Assembly: GCA_965603825.1 (NCBI GenBank)
Contig: CBFDEM010000062.1
Coordinates: forward strand, 823,333-887,332
DNA length: 64,000 nt
Direction of reading: 5' to 3'
Source of the DNA: Blepharisma stoltei ATCC 30299
Lineage: Eukaryota > Protista > Ciliophora
The position numbers were made by a program, and so were the translations under genes. Under the pieces are notes generated by a model. That model ran no database searches, was not told the DNA's origin, and saw nothing but the letters and a program-made list of their open reading frames with translations. Position 1 is the stretch's first letter. Every line of letters starts with the position of its first letter. Shown here in pieces: positions 13,763 to 26,500 of the stretch.

Positions 13763-15256
13763 TTATGAATTTTTATTAGTCACAATAAAGCTACCTTTGC
13801 ATTGCCGGTTTCTCAGACCAGCCGATTTTATTTGTCGGCAAAAATAGCCAGCACCTTTAGGAGTAAATACACGAGGCGTCGATATGCTTGTATTTCTTGT
13901 TGAATTTGGAGCAATTTCTAGGAATTTGTTTCTTGGGCTGGGTAAAGAAATTCTTGAAGGGATTTGCTCAATTTCTTTGGGTGTATGGTTATTCATAAAC
14001 ACTTTTAAGCTTCTAATGTCTTTTGTAGTAACCTCACTTCTGGTCATTACGAGGGAGACTTGGTTTTTTAAAGAGTTTAAGCTTTTTTCATGGGAATTTT
14101 GCTCAAGCTGGTTGAAAAATTGCTTGGTTTGCCTTGGAGATTTCCATGAATTAGTCCTAAGTTTAATCCTCCCTAGCAAGCTCGACGCTTTATTATTTGA
14201 TATTTTTTGATGAATAAAACAATAATCACCATTCTCTATCGCATTCTTAGTACATGACGAGAAATTGCACAAATGCCTTTTCCCCAGCCAAAACTCTTTA
14301 AACGTCTGCAAATAAATTACCCCTTTTTTCTGATCCCCAGCCATCATTATAATCTGCTTCACATGTGGGTCATCAGCAACCATATCAAATTCTTTAAGTT
14401 CATGCAAAATTTCAAAATATCCCACTGATATATAATTTATCGACATCGTATTAAATGCTTCTTCAAATCCGCCAAATTTTTCTTTTAATTTTTCCTTAAA
14501 ATAGCTCACATAATAATCTTCGTCGCTTTCTTCTTCTTTTGGGCTAAATAAATTAGTTTCTTTGGATAAATCACGATTTGGCTGACTTTTTGGAGAAAAT
14601 AGCTCACCATCAGACTCTTTGCCGAGTATAGCCAGGCCATCGATCCTATCAGTCATTTCACTTTCGTCTTTAGAGTTTTGAGGAAAAAGCCCTTCAAATT
14701 CATTTTTTTCGCTGAGGAAAGATCTTTTAGATATTTCTATTGGAAAATTTCGCTTTCTTTCATTAAATAGATTAGAATCATCAGATCTTTCATTGTCAGC
14801 TTCTTTGATAAGCGTTTGTAAGCTCTCTTTATAGCTGGAGTATTTTTCACTGACTTCATCCAACATCCAGTATTTCTGCCTTGATTTTTCCATATGATTT
14901 TTGAGTTTTTTGAAATCAATCACAAAATTCAGATTTTTATAGCTTTTCTTCCCTAATGTTTCAAAAAGACTGACCACGTGCTCGTTAGAATACGAAATCA
15001 TAAGGAAATTTAGAAAAGAGCAAAGGTCTTTTGAGGTCAGTTCAGGGCCAGATTCTTTTTTTAATGCTTCAAGTCCTGCGTCTAAGTTCCCAAACAGCTT
15101 TTTAAAGTTTTTTCTGAGGTGGTCTAAAAATGACATAACTTCATGAGTTTTGCAGTGCCCGCTGACTCTTTTTGGTTTTTTACACCCCACAACTTTGCAT
15201 TTTTCTTTCAGAGCTTTATGTAATGCTAGAGTATTTAGTTTTCTTTGAAAAGACAT
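13763..15256 (-). CDS. Hypothetical protein, 497 aa, with two Cx4C...Cx2H motifs and degenerate EF-hand-like segments
   Basis: Intact ATG-TAA ORF with CKVVGCKKPKRVSGHCKTH and CNFSSCTKNAIENGDYCFIH motifs. Confidence 0.7.
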   Translation of the reverse strand: MSFQRKLNTLALHKALKEKCKVVGCKKPKRVSGHCKTHEVMSFLDHLRKNFKKLFGNLDAGLEALKKESGPELTSKDLCSFLNFLMISYSNEHVVSLFETLGKKSYKNLNFVIDFKKLKNHMEKSRQKYWMLDEVSEKYSSYKESLQTLIKEADNERSDDSNLFNERKRNFPIEISKRSFLSEKNEFEGLFPQNSKDESEMTDRIDGLAILGKESDGELFSPKSQPNRDLSKETNLFSPKEEESDEDYYVSYFKEKLKEKFGGFEEAFNTMSINYISVGYFEILHELKEFDMVADDPHVKQIIMMAGDQKKGVIYLQTFKEFWLGKRHLCNFSSCTKNAIENGDYCFIHQKISNNKASSLLGRIKLRTNSWKSPRQTKQFFNQLEQNSHEKSLNSLKNQVSLVMTRSEVTTKDIRSLKVFMNNHTPKEIEQIPSRISLPSPRNKFLEIAPNSTRNTSISTPRVFTPKGAGYFCRQIKSAGLRNRQCKGSFIVTNKNS

Positions 15257-15372
15257 GATACCTTAAATTACTGTTTGATATAACGAAAAATTTTCTAATA
15301 AATATTTAAAATATAGATCGCCTTCTAACCCTATTCTTAGCCCATATTTCTTTTCCACCTATTATAATTACT

Positions 15373-15915
15373 ATGCTCCCACAAAATCCTCTTGAAAAGC
15401 GCTACTCATACTGGTTCACAGCTTCAGACTCCACCAAAACTGCTACTGATTATGGCGATTCCATCAAAATAATCGGCTCATTCGGGACTGTTGAAGAATT
15501 CTGGCAATATTATTCCCACCTCAAAAAGCCTGACGACGTCCCACTAAACACTGAATACCACGTCTTTCAAGAAGGAATCAGGCCTATGTGGGAAGATGAA
15601 GCCAACAAGAAAGGAGCCAGGTGGATCTTGAGAATCAAAAAAGGCGCTGCGTCCTTGTTTTGGGAAGAATTATTGATCACGATGATCGGGGAACAATTTG
15701 ACGTGGCTGACGAGATCTGCGGAGTCGCTGTTTCTGTGAGGGGAAATGAGGACATTTTTTCAGTGTGGATTAGGAGTGGCCAAGACTTGTCAGTCAAAAA
15801 TTCAGTAAAGGAGACGCTGAAGAGGATTTGGAAACTTAATGACAATGTGTATTTAGAGTATAAGGAACACCCAACTGCGCAGAGGACTCATCCAAGACAT
15901 AAGCACAATTATTAA
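15373..15915 (+). CDS. EIF4E2: Class II eIF4E (4EHP/nCBP-like cap-binding protein)
   Basis: Motifs FGTVEEFW, GIRPMWED, WEELLITMIGEQF and EICGVAVSVR. Tyr occupies the positions equivalent to W43 (NPLEKRYSYW) and W56 (TDYGDSI), the class II hallmark. Confidence 0.85.
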   Translation: MLPQNPLEKRYSYWFTASDSTKTATDYGDSIKIIGSFGTVEEFWQYYSHLKKPDDVPLNTEYHVFQEGIRPMWEDEANKKGARWILRIKKGAASLFWEELLITMIGEQFDVADEICGVAVSVRGNEDIFSVWIRSGQDLSVKNSVKETLKRIWKLNDNVYLEYKEHPTAQRTHPRHKHNY

Positions 15916-16531
15916 AGCTTTTCGGGTAATTGAGATAAGCTTCTTTTATGTTTTAAAATAGTTAGATTGAAAGCAATGGATATTTAAATTGATGAAGTTT
16001 GGGTAATAATTATTAAAATTAGTATTAGAGCTTTGAAAGGAATTTTGGAATCATATTGTCAATAATCTTCCATAATTAATTGGCAATATGAGTGTTTGAT
16101 TTGTTTTTATAATCGATGCTAAACATAGAATAAAAGCTTAATAGCTGTTTAAGATGGCAAATAATATTTCAAAAATCATAATTTTCTTTTATTGTTTGGT
16201 TTGCATAGGTTTTTTCCTTAATTTTCCTAAGTAAAATACAATTTTCTCTTTAATTAGTAATTTCTTACCAGTCACATCTATCTCGAATTTTGCCAATTTT
16301 ATTTTAGGCTCAGATTTTAATTATTAACCTAAGCTCTTTCAAAGTACTTCTTCTTATTTTAGATAAAACATATCTTTTTTCTCCAAATTTTTCATAATAT
16401 TTCCAATTTTTCTTCTTTTCTTTTCACCAATCTTCCTATAATTTCTTCTCTTCTCTTAAATCCTCCTTTCCTCATAACTTATTTCTCAATCATTTTTATT
16501 ATTTTCGATTATTTTCACCACGCCCATATTT

Positions 16532-17989
16532 ATGGGAAATTGTTCTTGCTCAAAACCCAGCGAAACAACTGACTCAATTTCTTACTCCGAGTATCTTTCT
16601 ATTAAAATCAAAGAAAAAGACTTCTCAGGCAGAGTCATTCAAAATGAAAAGGTCGAATTCAAAGTAACTTTCCCTGCCTTTCAGCATTCCCAAGAAATTC
16701 AGTTAAGCCCTTATAAATTTTTTATATCAGGATGTGTCCTTCCAGGACTAGACCCCAGAGGTATGATGGACAAAGAATGCCAAGACAACCTTTTCTTCAT
16801 CGAAAAAGAATCCTCAATCCTTGCAGCACTATTTGACGGCCATGGTCGTGAAGGCTTAAAAGTAGTCGAATTCTGCAACAAATTCATGAAGGAATATTTC
16901 CAAGCCAACATTGCAGACTTTAAAAACAACCCTGAAGAATCTGTAAAAAAAATCATCATAGAATGCGATAATGCTTTAAATAAACCAAATAGCAGAGTTG
17001 ACTATTCCATATCAGGGACAACTGCAGTCATAGCTTATATAGACACCACAGGGCTATATGTCGCCTCCGTTGGAGACTCCAGAGCAGTTTTAGCTACCGT
17101 CCCTACAAAAAATGAAGAAGTAAAGCAGCCGGCAAAAATTGACAAAAATAACCTATATAAGAGGTTTATAGAGCCAGGGAGGGTTTTAAATGCATTAGCC
17201 TTAACAGTAGACCAGAAACCAAACCATCAAGAAGAACTGGAAAGGATTCAGCAGTCTGGAGGAAAAGTGCAACAACTTACTGATGAGAGAGGAAATAAAG
17301 TAGGGCCTTATAGAGTATGAAAAAAGAATGGGACGTTGCCTGGACTTGCGATGAGCCGGTCTATAGGTGACGGGATCGGTAAAGAATGTGGCGTCATCGC
17401 TACCCCAATTTTCCATTTTTTCCAAATTTTCCCTGGAAAAGACCAATTTATTGTTATGGGTAGTGATGGGGTCTGAGATGTCATGGAAAATATTGAGGTC
17501 GTCAATTTTGTGGAAAAATTCAGGTCAAGGTCATGCAAAATGGTGAGAAAAGAAACAGTTTATCCAGTCTCAGTAATTTTTATATAGCCGGAAAACTCAA
17601 CTCCTGCACACTTATTAGCGGAAGAGTCAAGATATAGATGGTATGGGATCTGTGAAGACGAAGACGTCATGATTGATGATATTTCTGTAATTGTTATCGA
17701 AATAAGCTCGTTAATGCCAAGTTCAAGCCTAAATAATTTAGATCTGGAGGACAGGAGGACTGTTAGGCTTAACAGTTTAGGGAATATTCCTAATGAGGCT
17801 ACGAAAATGCAGCCTGGGACAGCAAGAAGTGATGCAGTGAGAGGTAGCTTTATTCCAGCTAAGGATCCTAAAGCAAAAAAAGCAAGGATTGATGCTAAAA
17901 GGGGGTCTTATTTGCCGGTGGGGAGTGAGGAGGAAAGCCATGAAACATTAGATGGTGTGCCATTTGTAGAAGAAGAAAAAAAGCAATAA
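16532..17989 (+). CDS. PP2C/PPM-family protein phosphatase, one 15-nt intron
   Basis: Motifs CQD, LFDGHG, SGTT, VGDSRA, PGLAMSRSIGD, GSDGV-W(TGA 17474-17476)-D and DDISV. TGA at 17318-17320 gives PYRV-W. Intron 17573-17587. Confidence 0.93.
17573..17587 (+). other. 15-nt spliceosomal intron GTAATTTTTATATAG
   Basis: GT..AG with A at position 10. Removal eliminates an in-frame TAG and restores the PP2C C-terminal DDI motif. Confidence 0.9.
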
Positions 17990-18133
17990 TATTGATATTT
18001 AATATAACCGGAATTATAATTGATAGTAAAAATATTTCAAACTGAGAATTTTATATAAGAAATAATTATAGAGTTTTAATAAATGAGAGAAATATATATT
18101 TAAATAGAAAACCCTCAAAAGAATAAATTCAAA

Positions 18134-19462
18134 ATGTTTCCACTAAATCGCAGCCGAACTCTTCCAATTGACCACGACAACCCTCCTACACACCGATCAG
18201 CAACCCCTCTAATTCAGGTAAACAGGACCCCAAAGATTGATACAGAATTTCCAAATTTCGAGCTCCCAGAGTTAAAATTATCTCCTTCATTTCCTATAAG
18301 TAAAGTAACTTCTAGACGCTGCTCAGACTCATCTGAGGACATAACTGACGAAGAATCAGAAGAAGAAAAAGACACAATTACAATTATTCCAAGCTCCCCC
18401 AATGACTTATTGTCATGACACAAAGCGAAACAGCAAGCAATAATAGACAACATCCGGCTTGCAAAAGAAGAAGAAATCGCTAACACTTCTAGGCTTTACC
18501 GGAAGAGTTTTACGAAGGCTTTAGAAGATTCGATGGCTCAGCAAAAGTTGGAATATATCAAAACAATCACAAGTTTGAGGAATGAAGCTTATGAAATCAA
18601 AGGGGTGATTTCCAAAAGAGACTATACTATTACGTATCTGGCTGATATGCTTACTGATACTTATTTACAATTAACGGAACAAAGAATAAAGTTAGGGAAA
18701 ACTGATAAATTCTCGATTGAGCCGGAAAACTCAGAAGAAAAAGTGCCTGAAATAATTGAGCCAAAAGACAAAAATTTGCTTGCAGAAGTCCAAAGTTTGA
18801 AGCTACAGATAAAATCATTGAAAAATGTCTGTGAAATGTACCAAGAAGATGCTTCAAAAGCCAACGAAAAAGTTAAAAAGCTAGAACAAGAAAAGAAGGA
18901 ACTAATAAGAGCTTATGAAGAAGAAGTAAACGAGTTAAAAACACAATTAAATGCAAAGACATTAGAATATCAAGAGTATATTAAAACAAAAAACAAAGAG
19001 TAACCTATAAACAGGCTTGAAAATATTAGATTTGAAAGTAAAAAAGAAATCGAGCTGAGAGACATTTTATTAGAAAGATTCAAAGACCATGTAGAAATCC
19101 TAAAAGGGGAGTTAAAAAACGCAAAAATTGTTCTACAAAGTCCGAGGCTAAGAATGCAATACCATGAAAAGCTTAAAGATTACGTTGATGAGGTGCAGAA
19201 TTCGAGTCCTTTGTCAGAGACTCAAAAGTCCTTGGTAAGGAAAAATTCGCCAAAAACACCTCGACAAGAAAAAAAATCGAAATTGATAATAAAGGCTGAG
19301 GGAACGACGGACGCGAGCATTTTGGATCGAAGCTATGTGGTTCGACAGATCTCGCCTCAAAAGAGGCCCACAACCTCTTCAACGCCCCGTTATTCGTTTC
19401 TACGAGTAAAGCCTGATACAGCGATTTGTGAACGCAGACACACAAAAACCCCAGAATTATAA
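18134..19462 (+). CDS. Coiled-coil hypothetical protein, one 15-nt intron
   Basis: ORFs 18134..18418, 18533..19003 and 19154..19462 join via TGA=Trp and intron 19000-19014. The central region is heptad-like and E/K-rich. Confidence 0.75.
19000..19014 (+). other. 15-nt intron GTAACCTATAAACAG
   Basis: GT..AG with A at position 10. It removes an in-frame TAA and rejoins ...KNK-E-LENIRFE.... Confidence 0.85.
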
Positions 19463-19504
19463 TAATTTAATTAAACCTAACTTTCCTCTAAATATTTATT
19501 AGAA

Positions 19505-20251
19505 ATGGTAATTCTTACATAGTCCAGGCGATATGACTCCAAAACGACCACCTTCACCCCTGAAGGCCGTCTCATGCAAGTGGAATACGCAATGGAAGCC
19601 ATCAACAACGCAGGATCTACAGTTGGCGTCCTCTGTTCTGAAGGCATCGTCATCGGCGCAGAACGAAAACAGACCTCCAAGCTTTTAGAAAGGTCCAAAC
19701 ATAGCGAAAAAATGTACCAAATTGACGAACACGTCGTATGTGCAGCCGCAGGACTTACAGCAGACGCCAACATCCTCATAAATCATGCTAGGATCATCAG
19801 TCAACAATATCAATATACCTATCATGAGCTTATGCCTGTAGAACAGCTCGTCAGACAGCTTTGTAACTCAAAACAAGGCTACACCCAGCACGGTGGGCTC
19901 AGACCATTTGGGGTCTCCTTCTTATATGCAGGCTGGGACCCTATTTATGGCTTCCAATTATATTGTTCTGATCCTAGTGGAAACTATTTAGGCTGGAAAG
20001 CCATTGCGATTGGGGCAAATAATCAGTCAGCGTCAGGGATTTTAAAGCAAGATTACGAAGAAAATTTCACCTTGAGGCAGTCACTAGGATTGGTAGCAAA
20101 AGTGATTACAAAGTCAATGGACACGACATCGCCAACGCCAGATAAGCTAGAAATCATTGTACTGACAAGGCAAAATGGAAAAGTGGTTTATAAGACACTG
20201 AGGGATGAAGAGGTACAAGAAATATTGACGGAGTTTAAGATCGTAAGCTAA
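19505..20251 (+). CDS. PSMA4: 20S proteasome subunit alpha-3 (PSMA4/PRE9)
   Basis: After splicing 19508-19522 the N-terminus reads MSRRYDSKTTTFTPEGRLMQVEYA. Later motifs include TQHGGLRPFGVS and SDPSGNY. Confidence 0.96.
19508..19522 (+). other. 15-nt intron GTAATTCTTACATAG directly after the start codon
   Basis: ATG|gt...ag|TCC AGG CGA TAT restores the conserved MSRRYD start. Confidence 0.95.
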
Positions 20252-20565
20252 TTACTTGGATTTTAATTATAGGATGAGGGATTTTTTATATATAATGGAG
20301 AAAGAGAGCAGTCTGCTGAAAAAATAGCGTCAGATTTGCGAAAAAGGCAGAGTCAGTCGTGATGCCCGTTATTTCTATTAGTTTTATTTTTTTGTCCTTC
20401 TGTTATTTCATTATAATGAGTTTTAAGATAATAGTAAATTAATATTAAGCAGAATAATACCATTGATTATTTCATAAAAAATAGAAGGTAAAGGGTACGA
20501 AAGCAAGCCACTAATCTATTCTATTCCATATCATATTTATTTTTCTAAAAATTCATTAATTTTTA

Positions 20566-23500
20566 TTAAGAATGGACCATATGTGGCGGCATAGTGTGTC
20601 TTTTCTGCTTTGGTGTCAAATCAAAAATACAAAGTTGAGCTTCTTCTTTATTCATGGCATATATAATAAACTCCTGCCCCTTCGGCAAACAAATAGCCAT
20701 AACTGTCGACTGGACTTCTCTATACACCTTTTTATCCTCATCAAAAACTCCTACGAATCCTATACTTTCAGTTCCCCCAGAAATCAAAAATTCCCCAGAC
20801 GCGTCAAATTGTATACACCAAATTAAGTCCCTTTTTACCTCCAGACATCTTATTACTTCCCCATTCAATGAATAAACCACAATTAAATTTTCTTCACTGA
20901 TTGCGGCTGCAATAATCCCAAGCTCACTTATAGCAACAGCCCTTGGCAATGACTGGGATACTTGTGGGAAGGATTTTAAGCAGTCCCCAGACCTGATATC
21001 GTGCATTAAGATTAGTCCATTAGAAGATAAGGACACTAAAACTTGGTAGCTAGGGGAGGCTGAAATTTGCCTTATTACGGAACTGTGGCCTAAATAAATC
21101 CGTCTTGGTTTGATTATTTTTTGTTTTTCCCCTATATGGAGCCATAAACATATAGAAGCGTCTAAGCTGCCAGTGAACAACAAATCGTCGATACTTGCTA
21201 CACAAGTGACAAGCCCTGCATGATGGTGAATTGATTGGATTAAAATTCCTTTTAAATTGTGGACTTTAAAGGAATTTTCTATATGGAATCCTGAAACTAT
21301 GTATTTTTCTCCTAATAAACAATACTGGTTAGGATTTTTGTCAAGAATTATCCTGGGATCTTCATTATTAAATGTATGTTTCCATAAGGACTCTTCGACC
21401 CAGTTTTCTAGGCCAAATTCTGTTGTAGCTTCTAGTATAAATTCCTGGTAGCTTGTAGAGTCTAATTTCATTTCTCCTAGTTCTCTTTTAAAACTGAGCC
21501 GAAAACCTGATAAAGAATTATTGCCAGAGGACTTTACCCCAATAAGCCAAGAACTTGTAGTAAAAAGCGCAAAAATTTTCCCAAAAATTTTTCTGGTCCT
21601 TGTCCCTTGATTGTCTGTTTTTTCAGTGATTTTTTGTTGAAAAATTGTCCTCTGCCGCTTGTGTATATCTTTTTGAGGATGGTGCAGCTTAAAAAGCTGC
21701 ACAGGAGTTTGGCCGAAATGGACTACTTGTTGTATTGTGGACTGTAAGAAGCTTTGGTTTTTTTCTTTAAAAACTTGCATATTTTCTTCATAAGTGGAAT
21801 AGAAAAATATATTTAAAGCAGACTCAGCAGCTGGGCCTTGCTGCTTGTAGCCAAAAATTAAGTCAATCCAATTGTGCAAGTTTTCACTGACAAAATCTGA
21901 CTCTAAAGCTTTTCGGTGCTTTCTAATAAAATTAACCGCATAATAATAATCTAAGTTTTCTACCCCTGAACGAGTTCTTGCCCCAGTTTTTGCTCACAAT
22001 GGTAGCTCCACATGGGAAATTTCTCCTTTTCCACATTGTCTGGTCCCTAAATCAAGATTATTGACATTAAGTAGCATTTCAGGCAAGTAAAACATCTCAG
22101 GGATAAGCTCTTTGACATCTCCTGATGGAGACTGCGCACAGTCCCATGATATTTCTATGGAGTGGAAAAGACGGTCTGCAATGTCAAATTTCCCGCCCTG
22201 TAGCTCTTTGGCACCTTCTGTAAAGGGATGAAGCCGAACTAAATAATAAAAAACCACCCCTGCATTAGAATAATGAGAACCATAGTGAAAAGGCATTATT
22301 TCTTCACTTTGCCACATTTTGTATTTTTCTGAAACTTCTTTGCGGGTGTTGTCATCTTGGGCACCGATTGGGAATCGCAGGTCTCGGTAAATTTCTTTGT
22401 GATTGAGGAATAGCTCACTTGTGGAAAATTCTTTGATTATTCATGGAAATACGGGGTATTGGTTTATGTCGTTAAAAGACCTGCTTGCGAGCTTGTTTAG
22501 GATCATTAAGTATTCGAAATTGCTTAGTTTCCCGTTTTTCCAAGCTTTGGTGTATTTTAATACATATTCCTGGTCTATTTTTTCAACGACATGCACATTA
22601 TGTTTATCTCAAATTTTCATTTCTTGTAAGCAGCTATTTCTATTTTCTGCACTAAAAAGATTAAACAAGCACGATTTTCCCGACTTAAAAAACACTTCAA
22701 TCGCTGTGTGCCTATGAATAAATCGTCTTGGCAAGACTTCTGCAATTTCATCAACCCTCCAAATTTTTTTGCATTTTTTTTTCCTTCTTGTATGGTCCAA
22801 TGCAGACCCAAAATATTCTTCATTATTCGGTTTCAGCTCTCCCTTACTAGAAAACAGTAGCCATGCGCTCGAAATTTCAAGATTTCCTCAGTAGCTTCCT
22901 GCAATTTTTATCCTTTCGCAGTCAAAATTAACTGATGGGGTGTTATTGTCCTCTTCTAAAATATCCCAATCTTCGTCAGAAATTTCATTAAAAATTTCTT
23001 CAGTTTCTTCTGTTTCAGCAATGCTAGGGGCATATGAGGTGTCGTCTGAAGTTGCTTTTATTAGGCGTTCAGTGTCTTCTTTTAATAAAATAGAATACGA
23101 GCGGACAAGCTCAGAAATTTGCATTGAAAAACGATTTGAAAAAGTCTGAAAGGCGCTATTTAAAGCTGAAGAATCTTGCGGCTTTTCTTTTACTGTGCTT
23201 AAAAATGGCATCCTACCCATTTTATCAAAATTGGAGCGAATTTTATATACTTTCTTGGAGCCTGAGGTTTCTTGGATTTTTTTGGTGAATTTTTGATACT
23301 TTTTTTTCAAGAGTAGTTTATTTCTTTCAAAATATTTTTCAATAATTGCCTGCTGCTTTCTCAGTTCTTTCTGTATATCTTCTGCTTCCTTAATGAAGTC
23401 TTTGAGGCCTCTTTTTTCTTGTCTAGTAGGAGAGTCAACACTTTGATGCTTAATTGAGCTATATTTATTCCCCATCAATACAAGCAGCAAAAAGCTAATT

Positions 23501-26500
23501 CCATTAAGCAATTCTGAAGAATTTATGAGAAAAATAAACTTTTCTTGGGATTCCAAAGAGTTTTTTATTAAATTTGAAATTTCAATGCACGCAGCTTGAT
23601 AATTTTCTTGGCTTGGATTTTTTCAAGCCGCTAAATTTTCAATTTCTGCTATTTTCCCTACCTCCAAATTCTCCAAATTAATTTGTTCTTTAAAGTACCT
23701 GTAATTTTCCAGGTGTTTTATAATATTCCACGCCTGCACACTCTCAATAAATGCTTTTAAAAACTCCAAGGCCATTTTGTCATCAGTTTTTTTAACTAAT
23801 TCAATAGTCTCTGCTATAAAAATCACAGCGAGCATGTCCAGTGAATAAAATTTGTTAAAGCCCAGCATCAATTGTATATAAGTCCCCATATCACATTCCA
23901 GGGCTTCATAAATCATTTTTTCTCAGTCATGATTAGAATTTATGTCAAGTATAGAAGCAGGGATATCACTTGTTTTAAGCCCTTCAAAGGTAGAAGCTAG
24001 CTTTTCCCGCAGCTCATAACGGAATCTAGGGATAAACCAGACCCAGTAGAAATCTTTTTTAAAGCTCTCGATGTCTTCTTTTTCTAGGGCTTCATTCAGC
24101 TGGGTTGTGAGGCTATTTATAATGCGAAGATCCAAGCTTTCAATGCATCTGAGGAAAACGCTGAAAGCTCGGAATTTGATAGCAATTACTTTGACGTCGC
24201 TCATAATGTAAAGCATCAAATTGCAGGTCTCGATCAGACAGTCTCTTGATATTTTTTTGTCGTTGAGGATAATTAATAAATTGCATAAAAAATCCCATTT
24301 TTCGTCCTTTTTCATATTAAAAATTAGACCAAAAAGACCGTCTATATGTTCAGCTCCGATTTCGTTAGGCAAGTGCATTGATAAGATTTCTTTGCATTTC
24401 TCAGAAAAATTCTCTCTGTATTGTGGGGAGATCTCCAGTCTGGAAATATGGTCATAAATGGGAACAATTGTTTTTAAATTACATCTAAAATATTTTGGAA
24501 TGTACATTGATAGAGCTGAAATGTATTTTTCTTGATGGTCTTGGGAAAGTTTATTCCAAAGTTTCCCTAAAAGCAAGCTTTTTATTGCCTGGATTTGGTA
24601 TGCTTCATTTCAGTCAAGATTTTTAATAATAAGTTTTACTGCTTCTAAAAGGTCTTCAGAAGGATTATTTATGATATCCTCCATCATGATTCCTAATAAA
24701 TCTAAAAATTCTGCAGTAATTAAACTGTCAAGGGTTTGTGTTTGGCATATGACGCCAATCATATTTATAATCAAAATGACTTCTTCTGAGTTTGAGCATT
24801 CTTTAATTAAAGGCAAAAAAATATTTAACCCTCCATTTGCAGTTATTGCTTCTAAGATAGTCACGCCATTAAATCTCTCACATCTTTCTTCTATAATTAA
24901 TTTATTTGTTGGAGAAAATTCAGGGTTATATGAGCGGGGATCTCATTTGAGCCACAAGGACTGCCAAATTTCTTTTATTACAAGAGAATTTCCATCAAAA
25001 TTCTCTGAAGTAGATATCGCTTCAAGATTAAAGCCAAGTTTATATTGGAAAGAAAAGCTATAGATCTGTAAAACGTGTTTTTCTTGTAATAGCTTATTTA
25101 CAATATAAATAGTGCTCATTTTTCCATTAAACGGTTTTTTTGAATTTTTATTATTCCCACACAAAAATTTATTCAAATATTCAGTTGGATATGAGACTTT
25201 TCCTTCAAATCCTTCAATGCAAAAACTATTATTAATAATAAAATCGCATTTAGCACCCTGTCTTATAGTAAATCCAACTAAATTTCATTGGTTTTCAATG
25301 ACGCGCTTATTGCTTCAGGCTTTGAATCTTGCCCCATTTTTGAGGTGCAAAATTCCTTGGTGCTTCATCATAAATGACAGCTTATTCCCATGCCTGTCAA
25401 AAAATTCAAAAAGGCAAGAACTATTTTCTATACTGTCAGGGAATAGCCACACAAATAAAGAAAATTCTTTTCTAGGGAGAAATGACAATTTTTCGTCATT
25501 TTTACAAGCCAGCATACTTTCAGGGTCGCGAAAATAAAAGTACCTGGTTGGTGATAAGCCTAAGCGGTTTTCTCCAGTTTGGCTTATTCTCGAAAATGCG
25601 TGTTCTATGCTTCTATATAAGCTTCTATATATCATTAATTTTTTTTCTTGAAAATTTTTAGAAGACTGCACAATATTTATGATCCTTCTTAATTCTTGTG
25701 GTGTTATATGGTGACAAATAATCTTAGAAAGGACATCTTCAATATAATTTAAATTGGAATTTTCTGAATTTTTCTCAAGAGTATACAGAATTATATCAAT
25801 AGTCCTCCTAGCTGCCAAATGAGCTCTATCTGCATCATATTGAATGATAAATTCAATATTGTCATCCATTATCCTTGCCGAGTCATTACTATAATCAATA
25901 TCAAACAAAAGCTCAATAATCAATGGAATCACTTCAGGTGTTTTTATATGTAGCCCTGATTTTCTTCCATGAATTTTGGTATCCAGTAATATACAAAATA
26001 AGCTTTCTATTGATTTTAAACAAATTTCTTTCCTCACTCCATCATATGCACTCCTCATTACTGTATTTGTGATAAAGTCAAAATCAAACTCCTTAATTGC
26101 TTTTTTGCTTTCTGGATTTTTATATAGAAGGAATCGTATACACTCAAAGGTTTTTCCTCATAAGTCTGATACTTTTTCAGCTGGTTCTTTTGAGTAGTCA
26201 TTAATAAGCTTGATTTTTAGCACCCTTATGGCATTTGATTTAGTAAAACAGGCTTGACGTCTTTTGACTTCTGGGTCTTCTAGGTCTTTTAGCACTTCTT
26301 GGAGGATCGTAAGAAGCTGAAGTAGCACGTCAATATCAGTGGCAGCGTTTAGATACCATTCAAACCTTTCATAAGCTTTTTCACTGTCAAATTTTAGAAC
26401 CCTTGATATAAAGGAAGCGCATATATCAACAGTGCTGGAATTTTTCAATAATTTGTCCTGCAGCATCAAATCTATTAAAGTGTCTCCACCAGGAAGGTCT

